DNA from: Octopus bimaculoides
Taxonomy: Eukaryota
Assembly: GCF_001194135.2 (NCBI RefSeq)
Contig: NC_068988.1
Coordinates: forward strand, 72,823,104-72,887,103
Direction of reading: 5' to 3'
Length of the DNA: 64,000 nt
The translations under genes and the position numbers were made by a program. Positions 38,855 to 52,167 of this stretch are shown here, piece by piece. Positions within the stretch are counted from its first letter, which is position 1. Every line of letters begins with the position of its first letter. The notes below the pieces were generated by a model. That model did not search any database. It was given only the letters and a program-made list of their open reading frames with translations, and had not been told where the DNA came from.

Positions 38855-39600
38855 TTTACCAGTGTTGGTGCCATGTAAAAAGCATCCAGTCCACTTTGTA
38901 AAATGGCTGATGTTAGGAAGGGCATCCAGCTGTAAAACCATGTGAAAGCAGAGCTTAATTCAATCCTCTGGTTTACTAACTTCTGTCAAAATGTCCAACC
39001 CATGCCAGCATGGAAGACAGATGTTAAATGATGATGATGATGATGATGATGATAATGATAATGACTGATATATTGTAATGCTATGCAACTTTATAATAAT
39101 CCTTATCATTATTATTGTTGATATTATATATATATACACACACAAGGTCAGCTGCATAACGAAGTGCAAAGCTCTAATTTTAGAGGGAACCTGTAGAAGA
39201 GAGAGACCCAGGAAGATATAGGACAAGGTGGGGAAATATGATCTTCAGTTGTTGAATCTCATGGAAGTGATGACAAGTGACTGAGACTTCTGGCAAGTTG
39301 CTGTTCTTGAGAAGATACATCAAACTAAGTGAAATTGTGATTGTGACCAGTGCTGGTGACATGTAAAAGGAACCCATGCCAGTGATATGTAAAAGGCACC
39401 TGTGCCACAATAGGTAAAGGGGTATCCATGCTGGTGATACATAAAAGACACTCACCGTAAAGTGGTTAGCATTAGGAAGGGCATCCAACCATAGAAACTG
39501 AACCAAAACAGTTGACTGGAGCCTGGTGCATCTCTCTGGCTTATAGCTCCAGTGAAACTATGTAACCCATGCCAGCATAGAAAACGGAGGTTAAATGATT
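38855..39600 (+). repeat. Two solo RTE 3' tails (~38855-39065 and ~39340-39600)
   Basis: Tail motif occurs twice. Confidence 0.7.
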
Positions 39601-39602
39601 AT

Positions 39603-39644
<42 letters not shown>

Positions 39645-40245
39645 NNNNNNNNNNNNNNNNNNNNNNNNNNNNNNNNNNNNNNNNNNNNNNNNNNNNNNNN
39701 NNNNNNNNNNNNNNNNNNNNNNNNNNNNNNNNNNNNNNNNNNNNNNNNNNNNNNNNNNNNNNNNNNNNNNNNNNNNNNNNNNNNNNNNNNNNNNNNNNNN
39801 NNNNNNNNNNNNNNNNNNNNNNNNNNNNNNNNNNNNNNNNNNNNNNNNNNNNNNNNNNNNNNNNNNNNNNNNNNNNNNNNNNNNNNNNNNNNNNNNNNNN
39901 NNNNNNNNNNNNNNNNNNNNNNNNNNNNNNNNNNNNNNNNNNNNNNNNNNNNNNNNNNNNNNNNNNNNNNNNNNNNNNNNNNNNNNNNNNNNNNNNNNNN
40001 NNNNNNNNNNNNNNNNNNNNNNNNNNNNNNNNNNNNNNNNNNNNNNNNNNNNNNNNNNNNNNNNNNNNNNNNNNNNNNNNNNNNNNNNNNNNNNNNNNNN
40101 NNNNNNNNNNNNNNNNNNNNNNNNNNNNNNNTTTGATTCACTAGTCTGTTAAACAGCAGCATAGTCGAGATGGTATGTTTTCTTCTCTTACTCTTGTTAT
40201 TTGCAAACATCTTCAAAATGACTTTCTAAAATGAAATTCCATTAT

Positions 40246-40333
40246 GCAGCTGAGGAGTACATTTTCATTGTACATTCTATGTGGTGTTCTCACTACATGA
40301 ATAAATGGAGCTTGTACGAAACGTACGTACTGC
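40246..40333 (+). ncRNA. Minimal type-I hammerhead ribozyme motif with long stem II
   Basis: GCAG-CTGAGGA-GTACA...TGTAC-GAAAC-GTAC-GTA-CTGC; inner hairpin ATGTGGTG ttct CACTACAT. Confidence 0.8.
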
Positions 40334-42039
40334 TATAACCTATTGAATTTTTGTTGCTTATCTTCAAATTTTATTCACCAAATCTCTTGATTTTGTTTTT
40401 GGTTTTTACCCTACCAAATTCTGGTGCCTCAAACATTTTAAGTACCACATTTAATCTTTTGATTAAATCTACATTATTATATATATATATATATATATAC
40501 ATAACCAGGTTGTGTGTATATGCTGTATGCAGTTCTGTACATACACTGTATATGACACTATATGCTTTGAGCAGCATATGTGTATTATAGTTATTGTGTT
40601 TGTTCATAGTTCAATTAATTATATTCACCTTTTGTTCCTCTCCCACCTTCTAATGCATGTCACCATACATTTTTCAGCTTCTTTATAGCTTTTTAATTCT
40701 TTATATTCTCAAACACATCTTACTCACCACCATATCACTCTCCCATTACATTTTGTCTCTTTTTCCCACTTTGCTTGTCTTCTTTGGTATTTGGTCCTCT
40801 CTTAGCTTTACTTTACATTCTCACTTTTCTTCCACCTCATTTGATCTGGACCTCACCACACCCCTCCCATTTTAGCTCATACATTATTTCCACCATCTCT
40901 TACATTGTTTTGTTTTCTTATCTTCCAACATTTCTACAACCAGATGCCTTTCTTGCCTCCAACCCTCACTTGTTTCCAGTAAGTTAATATTTCCCTGTAG
41001 CTAGATATGTTTTTCTCTTGATTGCTAAACTATAAATATTCTATGAAGAAAAAGAAAAGAAAAACACATTCTAGACTAATTATTTTCCATCTATAAGAAA
41101 TTTCTTGCTACATAAGATGTTTAATTTATTAATTTATATACCCCAAGTTATATCATACTGATGATTTCTAAAAAGAATGAAAGAATGTTATACATGATTA
41201 CCAATCACTAGATATTTTACAATTTCATAATAAGTCAACAAAAAATATTAAATATGTATATTCTATCTGTCTTCTTCCTTCCTTAATTTCAGATTCAAAC
41301 TTCCAACCCTGTCAAATATTTTGACTCCCCTATACTAACAGTCCATCAAGGGACTCCACATATGTATGTATGTATATATATGATGCTGTCCACTCATGAC
41401 TGAAGAAGACAATCACTGACTACTGACAATGCAAAATGCCATCATTGCCCATGCATGAGGTTATTGAACCAGCAGTCAGCTTCAACCAGGTCCATGTCCA
41501 CATCTTCCTTCTAGACTGGGCATTGGATAGTCACCTTGCCAATGATTGCACAGCCTAAAATTTTAGGTTCAATAAGGCTTGCATAGCACCTCAGAGACCC
41601 TCTCTACCTTATTGACATGATCCTGAGACAAGCCAGGGCAAGATATCCAGTGCTGATATGGGTCACAGGCTCAGGAATGTGAGAGCAGTATGATTAAGTG
41701 CAAGCAAAAGATCCCCAAAATGCTCTGTGCCATTCTGTATGTTTTATATATCAGAGTCACCTTCTCCTAGAGACAAACTTTAGCAAAAGCTAAGAGGTTC
41801 TCACTCTCAATGATCTTCTAGCATACCAGACATCAACCAGGAATTCCTGAAGTTTTGTTTTTAATTCTACTGGATGTGTAGCAAGCTTAGTGGGAGTACC
41901 GGTTTAGTCACTGACGGCCTAACTATACAACAATTTGTATTGGATTCCATATTACCATTAACATTCATGAGAGACCTCACAAGTGACCTGATATTCAATA
42001 AGTGTGTGTGTGTATATACAAAGGGTGTGATGGTTAAAT

Positions 42040-42610
42040 TGTTGCCATTTTATATTTTTAATTTCGTGCATGCACATTGTTTTTGATTTTGTTGACTACA
42101 CAGTATAGTACAGTCAGTTGGACACCATCTGTGAGAAAAACAGCACTCTGACACAATTCACTCTGCCAGAATTTTGGAAACGACATGTTATACTGCTTGG
42201 CATTCGTGCTGGAAGCTCCAATACAAACAAATGGTGAACCCATAGAACAACTGTTGGCTTGCCATGTCCTCAAAACATGTGCCAAGAGTGATAAAAATCA
42301 AACATCCAGTCAAAATCATGATGTTTGGAGTGATCACTAGTGAAGGTGCTATTATGCCTCCATTCAGCTTCCCACACGGCCTCAGACTCAACATGGAAAC
42401 CTATATCAAGTGCCTGAAGGAGGTAGTGCTGCCCTGGGTCAAGAGGGTGGCTGCTGGAAAACCCTATTTCTGGCAACAGGACTCTGCACCATGCCACACA
42501 AGCAGGAGAACCCAGTCATGGCTCTCAGACAATTTCTGTGATCACATCACCCCTAACATCTGGCCACCTAACTCCCCACACTGCAACCCTCTTAATTATT
42601 TCTTCAGATC
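42040..42610 (+). mobile_element. maT (DD37D-type) Tc1/mariner transposase fragment
   Basis: HPVKIMMFGVITSEG...WQQDSAPCHTS...WPPNSPHCNPLNY; 37 residues between the QQD aspartate and the PL(D>N)Y position. Confidence 0.8.
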
Positions 42611-43039
42611 TGCTACTACCTACCTACCACGCCTTCACAAAAACAAAAGAGAGAGAGACAGAAAAAAGGAAAATGTCCCACTTATTTGAAAACAATGAAA
42701 ATATTTTAAAAAAACATTTCATTTCATTTTTCCACAATTTAATCACTTTCATGTTTTATTCTAAGTTGAAAAAGTCGCAAAGACTGAAACCAGTACTAAA
42801 ATGTTCTTCACGATAAAATTATTTTAGCATTTTCTACCTTGTCCTATTTCCCTTATGTGTGTGTGTGTGTGACTCATATGAGGAGTCACAACGTGAAGTG
42901 GATGAATTGTAAACATTAGTGAATGGTAGTAATAGTAGTGTGGGTAGTGTGAGTATGTTATTGATTGTCTATTTGGTTGGATTTTTATTTTCCTGTCTTC
43001 TCACTAAACACTCATACATCATCTTCAATAGGAGAGTCT

Positions 43040-45002
43040 GTCATATAGTAAGGGAGAGAGTCAGTTCAGATGAGATGCAGTTTGGGTTTGTGCCAGGGAA
43101 AAGCACCACTGATGCTATATTTCTGGTAAGACAGCTGCAAGAGAAATACCTAGCCAAAGATAAACCTCTGTTCCTGGCTTTCGTTGACATGGAGAAAGCC
43201 TTTGACAGGGTCCCCCGATCCCTTATCTGGTGGTCAATGAGGAAACTAAGGGTAGATGAATGGTTAGTGAGAGCTGTGTGAGCCATGTACAGGGATGCTG
43301 TCAGTAAGTTGAAAGTTGGCAACAAGTATAGTGAAGAATTCAGTGTAGGGGTAGGGGTCCACCAAGGATCAGTCCTCAGCCCCCTCTTATTCATCATAGT
43401 CCTCCAGGCAATAACAGAAGAATTCAAGACAGGATGCCCCTGGGAGCTCCTCTATGCTGATGACCTTGCTCTAATTGCTGAGTCACTATCAGAACTAGAG
43501 GAAAAGTTTCAGGTGTGGAAGCAAGGATTAGAATCGAAGGGCCTTAGAGTCAACCTAACTAAAACCAAAGTTTTAATAAGTAGGAAGGCAGACAAACCAC
43601 AAATCCCTGATCAATCTGTAGAAAAGGCGTAGGTAGAAACGCCATAAAATGTACCCAGTGTAAGCTATGGACACAGGTGCAGCAATATCAAAGGAAGGCT
43701 AACTGGGAAGACAGTTTTTGTATGTGGCAAATGCTCAGGTTCTATAAACACTGAAAATGTGCAAAGAACAGCTTCTGTCACATTCCAGGGAGAAAAACTA
43801 GAAGTAGTTGATAGCTTCCATTACCTAGGGAACCAAGTTAGTAGCAGAGGTGGATGCTCTGAAAGGGTAACTGCTAGAATAAGAATAGCCTGGGGAAAGT
43901 TCAGAGAGCTACAACCTCTGCTAGTGACAAAGGGTCTCTTGCCCAGAGTAAAAGGTAGACTGTATGATGCATGTATATGAACAGCCATGCTACATGGCAG
44001 TGAAACATGGACTGTGACTGTTGAAGACATGCATAAGCTTGCAAGGAATGAAGCCAGTATGCTCCACTGGATGTGTAATGTCAGTGAGCATACATGACAG
44101 AGTGTAAGCGCCCCGGGAGAAAAGTTAGATTTAAGAAGCATCAGATGTGGTGTGCAAGAGAGACGACTGCGCTGATATGGTCATGTGTTGCGAATGAATG
44201 AGGACAGCTGTGTGAAAAATTGCCATACCCTAGCAGTTGAGGGAACCTGTGGAAGAGGTAGACCCAGGAAAACCTGGTATGAGGTGGTGAAGCATGACCT
44301 TTGAACATTGGGCCTTACTGAGGCAATGACTAGTGACCAAAACCTTTGGAGTTATGCTGTGCTTGAGAAGACCTGACAAGCCAAGTGAGACCATAGCCTG
44401 TGGCCTATGCCAGTGGGTGTAACCAGCCCATTTATGAATATCCCTCATTCATTAGACAATAAACTTTGCTTGCGAAGACCTATTGAGGCAAGTGAAATCA
44501 AAATCAAAATCGCTGTCATGGCCGATGACAGTACCGTCTGATTAGCACTCGTGCTAATGGAACATTAAAAGCACATCCGAGCGTGATCATTGCCAGGGCC
44601 ACGGATTGGCTCCCATGCCGGTGACACATGAAAAGCACCATTCAAGCATGATCATTGCCAGCATCGCCTTACTGGCACATGTGCCGGTGGCACGTGAAAA
44701 ACAACATTTGAGCATGGTCGTTGCCAGTGCCACCAGACTGGCTCCTGTGCAGGTAGCACATAAAAACATCTTTTGAGCATGGTCATTGCCAGAACCACCT
44801 GACTGGCCTTCGTGCCAGTGTCACGTAAAAGCACCCACTACACTCTTGGAGTGGTTGGCATTAGGAAGGGCATCCAGCTGTAGAAACTTTGCCGGATCAG
44901 ATTGAGCCTGGTGCAGCCTCTGGCTCACCAGTCCTCAGTCAAACCGTCCAACCCATGCCAGCATGGAAAGCAGACATTAAATGATGATGATGATGATGAT
45001 GA

Positions 45003-45005
<3 letters not shown>
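43040..45005 (+). mobile_element. RTE-clade LINE 3' half (RT pseudogene + 3'UTR + GAT tail)
   Basis: QFGFVPGKSTTDAIFLVRQLQEKY, VDMEKAFDRV, VHQGSVLSPLLF, LYADDLAL; stops/frameshifts; ends in (GAT)n. Confidence 0.92.
44560..44835 (+). repeat. ~60-bp degenerate tandem array in the RTE 3'UTR
   Basis: 4-5 units of gagcatg(a/g)tc(a/g)ttgccag...ctggc...gtg...cac(a/g)t(a/g)aaaa; also at ~58670-59020. Confidence 0.7.
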
Positions 45006-45034
<29 letters not shown>

Positions 45035-45036
<2 letters not shown>

Positions 45037-45470
45037 CTTTTCTTTTATCTTTTACTTGTTTCAGTCATTTGACTGTAACCATGTTAGGGCACCATCTTGA
45101 AGGGTTTTAGTCAAACAAATCAACCCCAGGACTTTATTTTTTTAAGCCTAGTACTTATTCTATTTGTTTCTTTTGCTGAACTGCTAAGTTACAGGGTCGT
45201 AAACATACCGACACCAGTTTCCAGGCGGTAGTGAGGGACAAACACAGACACAAAGACACACATAGGTAGGTGCATACATACGTACATACGTACATACATA
45301 CATACATACATACATATGTACAATGGACTTCTTTCAGTTTCCGTTTACCAAATCCACTCACAAGGCTTTAATTGGCCTGAGGCTATAGTAGAAGACACTT
45401 ACCTGAGGTGCCACACAGTAGGACTTAACCTGGAGCCATGTGGTTGGGAAGCAAACTTCTTACCACACAC
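45035..45470 (-). mobile_element. SINE family A
   Basis: Both halves in reverse, with internal (TACA)n. Confidence 0.8.
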
Positions 45471-46729
45471 ACACACACACACACATATACAGACATATTC
45501 CAGTATTGGAATAAAAACAAAATGGCGTTAAATTATAATTCAATTTGTGCTACTCAATAACAAGTGGCACAGCTGCACAGTATCAGTTCATATTGATGCC
45601 CATAAAGACAGATAAATGATACTATATAAATGATACATAGAAATAGATTTTTTTTACCACCACCCATGAATGCAGACACACAAATACCTGAATGCACACT
45701 CACACACAAACACACACATGCTCTCTCTCTCTCTCTCTCTCTCTTTCTTTCTCTCTCTCTCTTTCTCTCTTTTTCTTTCTCTCTCCCTCTCTCTCTCTCT
45801 CTCTCTTTCCCTCTTCTCCTATACATTCCCACTCACATCCATACAACTTCATAAATATTGAACCTAAAACAAAAAGACAGATGTGAAGCTAAACCTGGAG
45901 TAGAGAAAGCATGTCACTGCAAGGTCATGAATAGTAATGAAAAGACTTTGGTAAACTGATGAACTAATTAACTAAATGATTAATCAAACAATGAATTATT
46001 TCCTTGATTAAGTAGCTAACCAATTGACAAATAAGTAAGAACTGAAATTGAACTATGTATCTTTTACTTTGAATCATAGCTCAATCTGTGATTATATCCT
46101 TTAATTCATTATTTTGAGCAATGGTTGGCAAGTTTGCTTTGGCAATGCTGAAGATATTTTGGTGACACGGATTGTGTGTCACTATAAATGGTATGACCTG
46201 TTCTTGTTTTCCTCATTTGTGTGTTGTCCTAAGTTGTTGTATAAGTATTTCTATAGCATACTGTATATCATTTTCTATAAGTAGAGACAGATGTTTTGTT
46301 TGAGCAGAAATTCTTAGAGTTCTGTCAGGGGTTTGTCTCTGGTATTCACATCTTCCACGAAGGTACAAATTTTTCTGGCTAGGCAGTATGAGATATTGTG
46401 TTTGTATGTGTTGGATGGCAGAATTTAAAATTCAGGTATTGATGCACACCTGTGTGTTTATAGTATATATCAGTGATGATGGTGGTGTCACTTTTAATTA
46501 CCATTAATTACTATTTTAATTACCATTTTAACTACCAGAAACAGTTGTTGGATTTATAACACCTTTCATTCACTCCTCTAATTTTCTGTCATTTGTACTC
46601 TGTGTACGTTGGTCCTATTAATATAAATATCTATATATTTATGTTTAAAAATTCATCATCTGCAAGTTTCCACCTTCTGCTTTCTCTTGTTTTGCATGTA
46701 TATTTATATACATATTTTGTATTCTTTTA

Positions 46730-47080
46730 TTCTTTTAGTCTTTCACTTGTTTCAGTCATTTGACTGAGGCCATACTGGAGCATCGCCTTAAAGTGTTTTA
46801 GTTGAAGAAATCGACCCCAGGACTTATTCTTTATAAGCTTATGTGCCAAATTCAGTTGTCAAGCGATGGTGGGTGGACAAACACACACACACATAAATAT
46901 ATACAGATATATACATATCACAGGATTCTTTCAGTTTCCTTCTGCCAAATCCTTTCACAAGGCTTTGGTCAGCCCGAGGTTATAGTAGAAGATACTTGGC
47001 CAAGGTGCCACACAGTGGGACTGAACCTGGAACCATGTGTTTGGGAAGCAAGCTTCTTACCATACAATCATACCTGCACC
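46730..47080 (-). mobile_element. SINE family A
   Basis: Both halves in reverse. Confidence 0.8.
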
Positions 47081-47302
47081 TAGAATATTTCTTACCCTAA
47101 CTATTATATTTAATGTGTCTAATTTGTTTATCCACATAATTACATCTATTTCAGCTCAACTTGATCCATCTTATAGCCATTCTTTAACTTGTGGAATCAA
47201 TCCCCTGTAAAGACATCGGAGTTTAAGTTTGAATCTGTTGAGCACTACAAAGTGTTTTCTATACTGAGAAACTGAGAATCTCTGGGTCTTATCTATGGGG
47301 TA

Positions 47303-47337
<35 letters not shown>

Positions 47338-47528
47338 NNNNNNNNNNNNNNNNNNNNNNNNNNNNNNNNNNNNNNNNNNNNNNNNNNNNNNNNNNNNNNN
47401 NNNNNNNNNNNNNNNNNNNNNNNNNNNNNNNNNNNNNNNNNNNNNNNNNNNNNNNNNNNNNNNNNNNNNNNNNNNNNNNNNNNNNNNNNNNNNNNNNNNN
47501 NNNNNNNATATATATATATATATATATA

Positions 47529-47920
47529 GGCGCAGGAGTGGCTATGTGGTAAGCTAGGTGCAAGGATGGCTGTGTGGTAAGAAGCTCGCTTCCCAACCAC
47601 ATGACTCCAGGTTCAGTCCCACTGCATGGCACCTTGGACAAGTGTCCTCTACTATAGCCTCAGGCCGACCAAAGCCTTGTGAGTGGATTTGATAGATGGA
47701 AACTGAAAGAAGCCTGTCATATATATATCTTTCCGTCAACTGCTTAAAACTCCCACTTCTCTCCTTTTGCATTCTTATGCAGCCAACCCTGATTGGATGG
47801 AGTATGCCATAACAATTGTGCAATGCCGCGGCACCACAAATACCTTTCTTGACTCACTGCAATCTCTTCAAGGTAATGCCCCAGCATGGTCACAATCTAT
47901 TGACTGAAACAGGTAAAAAA
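47529..47920 (+). mobile_element. SINE family A
   Basis: GGCGCAGGAGTGGCTATGTGG (A-box-like) and GGTTCAGTCCC (B-box-like). Confidence 0.8.
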
Positions 47921-48094
47921 TATATAGCCCAAAACCTTCTTCTTGGAGGGAATATGCAAGTTTGTGAACTGCTGTTTCAAGTGCGTTGAAAAGGGAGGAC
48001 TATATAGAAAAATGATGTACTTGTTTATCCCACGCTTTTGTGTAAATACATTGAAAAACAAGGGTGCATATAATTTTTGACTCTCCTTCGTGTT

Positions 48095-48129
<35 letters not shown>

Positions 48130-48399
48130 CAGTGATGAAAGGTGACTTAAAAACCAGGGTATGCAATCCATGATGAGGCCGTGGAGCCTTAAATCCACTT
48201 CCTGGAAAATGATTCCACTCCCCCATCTGTAAATGTGAGAAAATGCATTTCTACCCACAACCCATGCTTCAGGCTTGTTAACCCTCTCCACTGGAATTAA
48301 TATCTCCCCATTGATAATATCTTGACAATGGACTAGCCATAATGACCATTTCTGGTTAGGAGAGGTATTTAGAAAAAAAAAAAACTGCAAATAATGAGA

Positions 48400-49700
48400 C
48401 ATCTAAAGCATTCCAGTCTTCTGAATTTTCTAATATAGCTGAAATAGCTCAGACTACTCAGTAATTTTGTCAGAGAAAATGGATACTTCTCGAGACAAAT
48501 AATTCCAAAGTGTCTTAGGTAACTTTGGAAATTGCCTTAACGATTTCATCCAGTAGTGCTCTTTGAACCATCAACTTGGAGAAAAATGTTAAAATTCCTT
48601 TTAAAGACTGGAAGAAAATTCGACATTCAGGAATACTTGAAGCCAATTACAAGAGCACTAAATTAAGTGACTGTGTGTAACAATGTACAAATATGACGAT
48701 CGCACCAAAAATTTTCTTTTCTTCTTGTTCATAAATGTTCAGCCATTATGTTCATTCCATCATAAATTTGTGCAATCAATTTTTGGCCATTGTTGAATTC
48801 ATTAACAAATTTTCTAACTTCTATCAGTGATGCAGTTTTTCTGTCTTTATTGACATCAATGTATCCGAAAAACCTTTCTCAAAAAACCTTCTCATTTTAT
48901 CAACAAATCACAAAACACATGACAATTGAGATCTCATTCAAAGATACGTAGTCTCATCAAACATACAGTAACAAATGATGTTTTTATGATCATTGCCTTA
49001 ATTTCACCTTCAATTGTAGCTGATATACAATTAATCATCTTGTTTTGAATATTACTTGAAAGTGCAGAAAATGCACAATTGACATTTTTCCTCACAAAAT
49101 CTAGATGCAATCTTAAACAATCATTGTATTCTACTACTGCTTCACATATAGCTAGAAAATTACCCTTATTTTTGATTCTTCTGTTTCATTGTGTTCTTGA
49201 AATGCTAATTCTCGACAGGCCAAAATTTCAATACAATGAAATAACCTTTCGATATTTCATAATTTTTCTCGACTTACCTATTATGCAACTTAATAAAAGT
49301 TGCTATCTAGTTATCAATCGTAGTATTATCATTATCATTATCAACCAAAGATTTCCAGAGCAATTATGGAATTTCCAGAGCAATTATGGAATTCAGATGG
49401 TTTTGAGATTTTTTTGTGTCTTGTCAAAGCTGTAATAAAATTTTTCAACTCACAGTAGCCAGTAGTTATCCATGTGTTCTCATGTTGACAAAATAAGACA
49501 TGGAACACAGAACAATTTGTTCAAAATGGGACATCCTGTCATCCACTCATACTGTTCATAATGTTTGGAATCAAAATAATGATGACATTCCTTGCTCCCC
49601 ACTTTGGTTTTGATTTTCAGTTCAAGCTTTGACTTCTCTCTTCTGAGAAAGATAATATTCTTCTACTCTTCAAAGTTTCTTGTTGCAAAAGCTTGGGAAA
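48400..49700 (-). mobile_element. Degenerate hAT-like transposase relic
   Basis: Minus peptide MFDETT...SQLSCVL*FVD (~48880-48970) resembles hAT DETTDIS..EQLS..IRFVD. Confidence 0.45.
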
Positions 49701-50929
49701 ACAGAGAGGAAACTGAGCTAATTGACTCTTTTGCCATCCTATAGGTGAATGAAAACATGAAAACAGGAAAAATGTTACTGAGGTATAATTTTTTTTAATG
49801 AATTGAAGCTTTATTCTAACAAAAAATTTGGGTGCTAGTTTACTCTTTTTGTGTGACCATTTTCGAATAATTTTAAATATTTAAAATTAAATCTTAAAGC
49901 AGCTGTTTCCAAACTTTTTCAGACTGCACCCACCCAATCCCTAGGCACCCAGTCCACATTCCTAGTGCCTACCACACACACACTGCAAGCATAGACATCT
50001 TCCTTCAGAGGATTCAACACAATTGTATTTCACAAATACAATTTATCCTAGTTAACCCATTTTGCTGTTTTTGTAATACGAGAGAGTAAATTTACATTTC
50101 ATCTGTAATTACATTGTTTTCATATTTTTAATGCGATGGTTTTACATTGTGCAGGGATACCAACCCACATTCAATAATTTTCAGTCTATTTTACTTTATT
50201 CAGAAAAAGTCTGGGTAACTGTACTGAAGCCCCACTCTACTACATATGATGTTGAGAAGACAATAAAATACATCTTGACTTTGTTCTGAAAAGCTGTCCG
50301 AAAAGTCCTTTTGTAGCCAAAAATCATGGTAATGTTTTTAGAACTTTGTCCTCATCTCAATGTCCTTTTAAGGTGAAACCAGTTCTTCCTCCACTATTTT
50401 TGTTTTCTCTTGATTAATATCTTGGAATGGATTGCCTAGCATGTCTCTGTGCATGTGAACAATATATGTAAAAGTCATCTTCTAATTTGCTTTTTACCTT
50501 CTTTGTTTCAGAGAGGCTTGGAAACTGGAAGAACTCACAGCAATTTATGTTATATTTGAATAACTGTAACTTGGAAAGAAACATGGAGAGAGGTGATTTT
50601 ACTTTGACAAGGTTTAACCTCCAATTATCAATTAACTTCAATGAACTTTGTGAATATATCTGCCATTCATGTCATGTTTAATGTTTCTTAGTTCACAAAG
50701 AAGAGAATTAGAGTTTTGGAATAATTCAATAACCATTTTCAATATTATAGTACTCTACGTTTTGGACCACTTGTAATATGCATTTTTAGAGAAAAAATTT
50801 CATAACTCTTCCACTTCATTTCACTTTTCATGATTAAAATCATCAGAAAAAGCTCCCAGAGAAATTCCAATTTATGCATGATAATATTTTGATTGACAGA
50901 ATTCTGGTTTAAGCACCCCGTGTAACCCT

Positions 50930-51230
50930 TCGCAACGCTTTTATTTTGGGAATTTCTAGAAAAGTTTTGTGTTTCACACATGGGAATTCATATGATTATA
51001 CAAAAAAATTTAGCTTTTCATATGATTATACAAAAAAATTTAGCTGTTCTTTTTAGAACATCTCTTGACCACCTAATACTTCCTTGTTTCTTTGTCTCTG
51101 ACAGAATTTATGGGAGGGGGATAAAATTTTTAAAAAATTGTTTCATGATCATATAAATTCCTGTGCATAGAACACAAACTTACAAGAATTTTCTGAAAAC
51201 TCCAAAAAATAAAAAGTTATGAGGTGCTTC
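50930..51230. mobile_element. MITE-like element with imperfect ~80-bp inverted repeats
   Basis: ~50935-51015 is the approximate reverse complement of ~51135-51225; a related arm occurs at ~35385-35475. Confidence 0.55.
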
Positions 51231-51609
51231 ATCATTCCATTAAATGTGTTTATAGGGAGAAAAAGTTTGAAAAACATCAATACATACCAGAGTGACAAAG
51301 AAATATATATATATACAGATGCATAACTATATATAACTATTTAAATAGTTTCTTTTCTACAATCTAGCTCCCTTAAAATTTTCTCTAATCTAAGCAGTGT
51401 GGTATAGCTTTAATAAGAATAGGATAGTGTTAAATTCCTCCTGCTCTGTAGAATCTTAGGTGATCAAATACGGGATTGATTACGGCATTATGAAATTTTG
51501 AAATGCCAATGCAAAACTCATGTAAACAAATGAAAGAATGTATAATTCTCTGTTCTTTGTGCTTATATATAAATAAAGGTCATCACTCCCATCTCTAGCC
51601 ATACGTAAT

Positions 51610-51656
51610 ACACACGGACTCGAGTTTCTTGGTGGTTACCCGTCCTCAGCATGTGT
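51610..51656 (-). ncRNA. Minimal type-I hammerhead ribozyme motif (left palindrome arm)
   Basis: Minus strand: ACACATG-CTGAGGA-CGGGTAACCACCAA-GAAAC-TCGA-GTC-CGTGTGT; 7-bp stem I with one G-U, TCGA loop, GUC triplet; stem II imperfect. Confidence 0.72.
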
Positions 51657-52167
51657 TAATCACCAGCTAGTGATGAAAACTCACCCCACTCGCAAAATAC
51701 TGTATGCTTTTTCCAGTGACAGTTCGTCGCTGATCTCGAAAAAGGAGAAATAAGCTATATTAAATCTCTGAGCGAGATGTAAACAATAGCAATACGGAAT
51801 CGTAACATATAATTGCCAACCAAGTGTGGCGTTCTATATGGGACAGTGCTACTGGCGTTTATAACCCCAGGAAGACATCTCTTTCAGCTGCTTCCCTCAC
51901 AAATACTAATCAGACACAGAATGTTTGTCGTTAGCCAGATAGAAAAGATGTCTGCCTGGGGCTATAAACGCCAGTAGCAGTCTCATATAGGACGCCACAC
52001 TTGGTTGGCAATTATATGTTGCGATTCCGTATTGCTACTGTTTACATCTCGCTCAGAGATTTAATATAGCTTATTTCTCCTTTTTTAAGATCAGCGACGA
52101 ACTGTCACTGGAAAAAGCATACAGTATTTTGTGAGTGAGGTGAGTTTTCATCACTAGCTGATGATTA

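Noticed and set aside
44560-44835. Repeat array resembling CRISPR
   Set aside because: Degenerate contiguous units with no unique spacers, inside a eukaryotic LINE 3'UTR, and no cas genes.
47529-47620. tRNA genes at SINE heads
   Set aside because: Only A/B-box remnants continuing into SINE bodies; no full cloverleaf.
49332-49371. Short perfect tandem duplications (ATTTCCAGAGCAATTATGGA x2 near 49350; ~30-bp duplication near 50991-51045)
   Set aside because: Ordinary slippage inside dead transposons; coordinates approximate; no functional signal.
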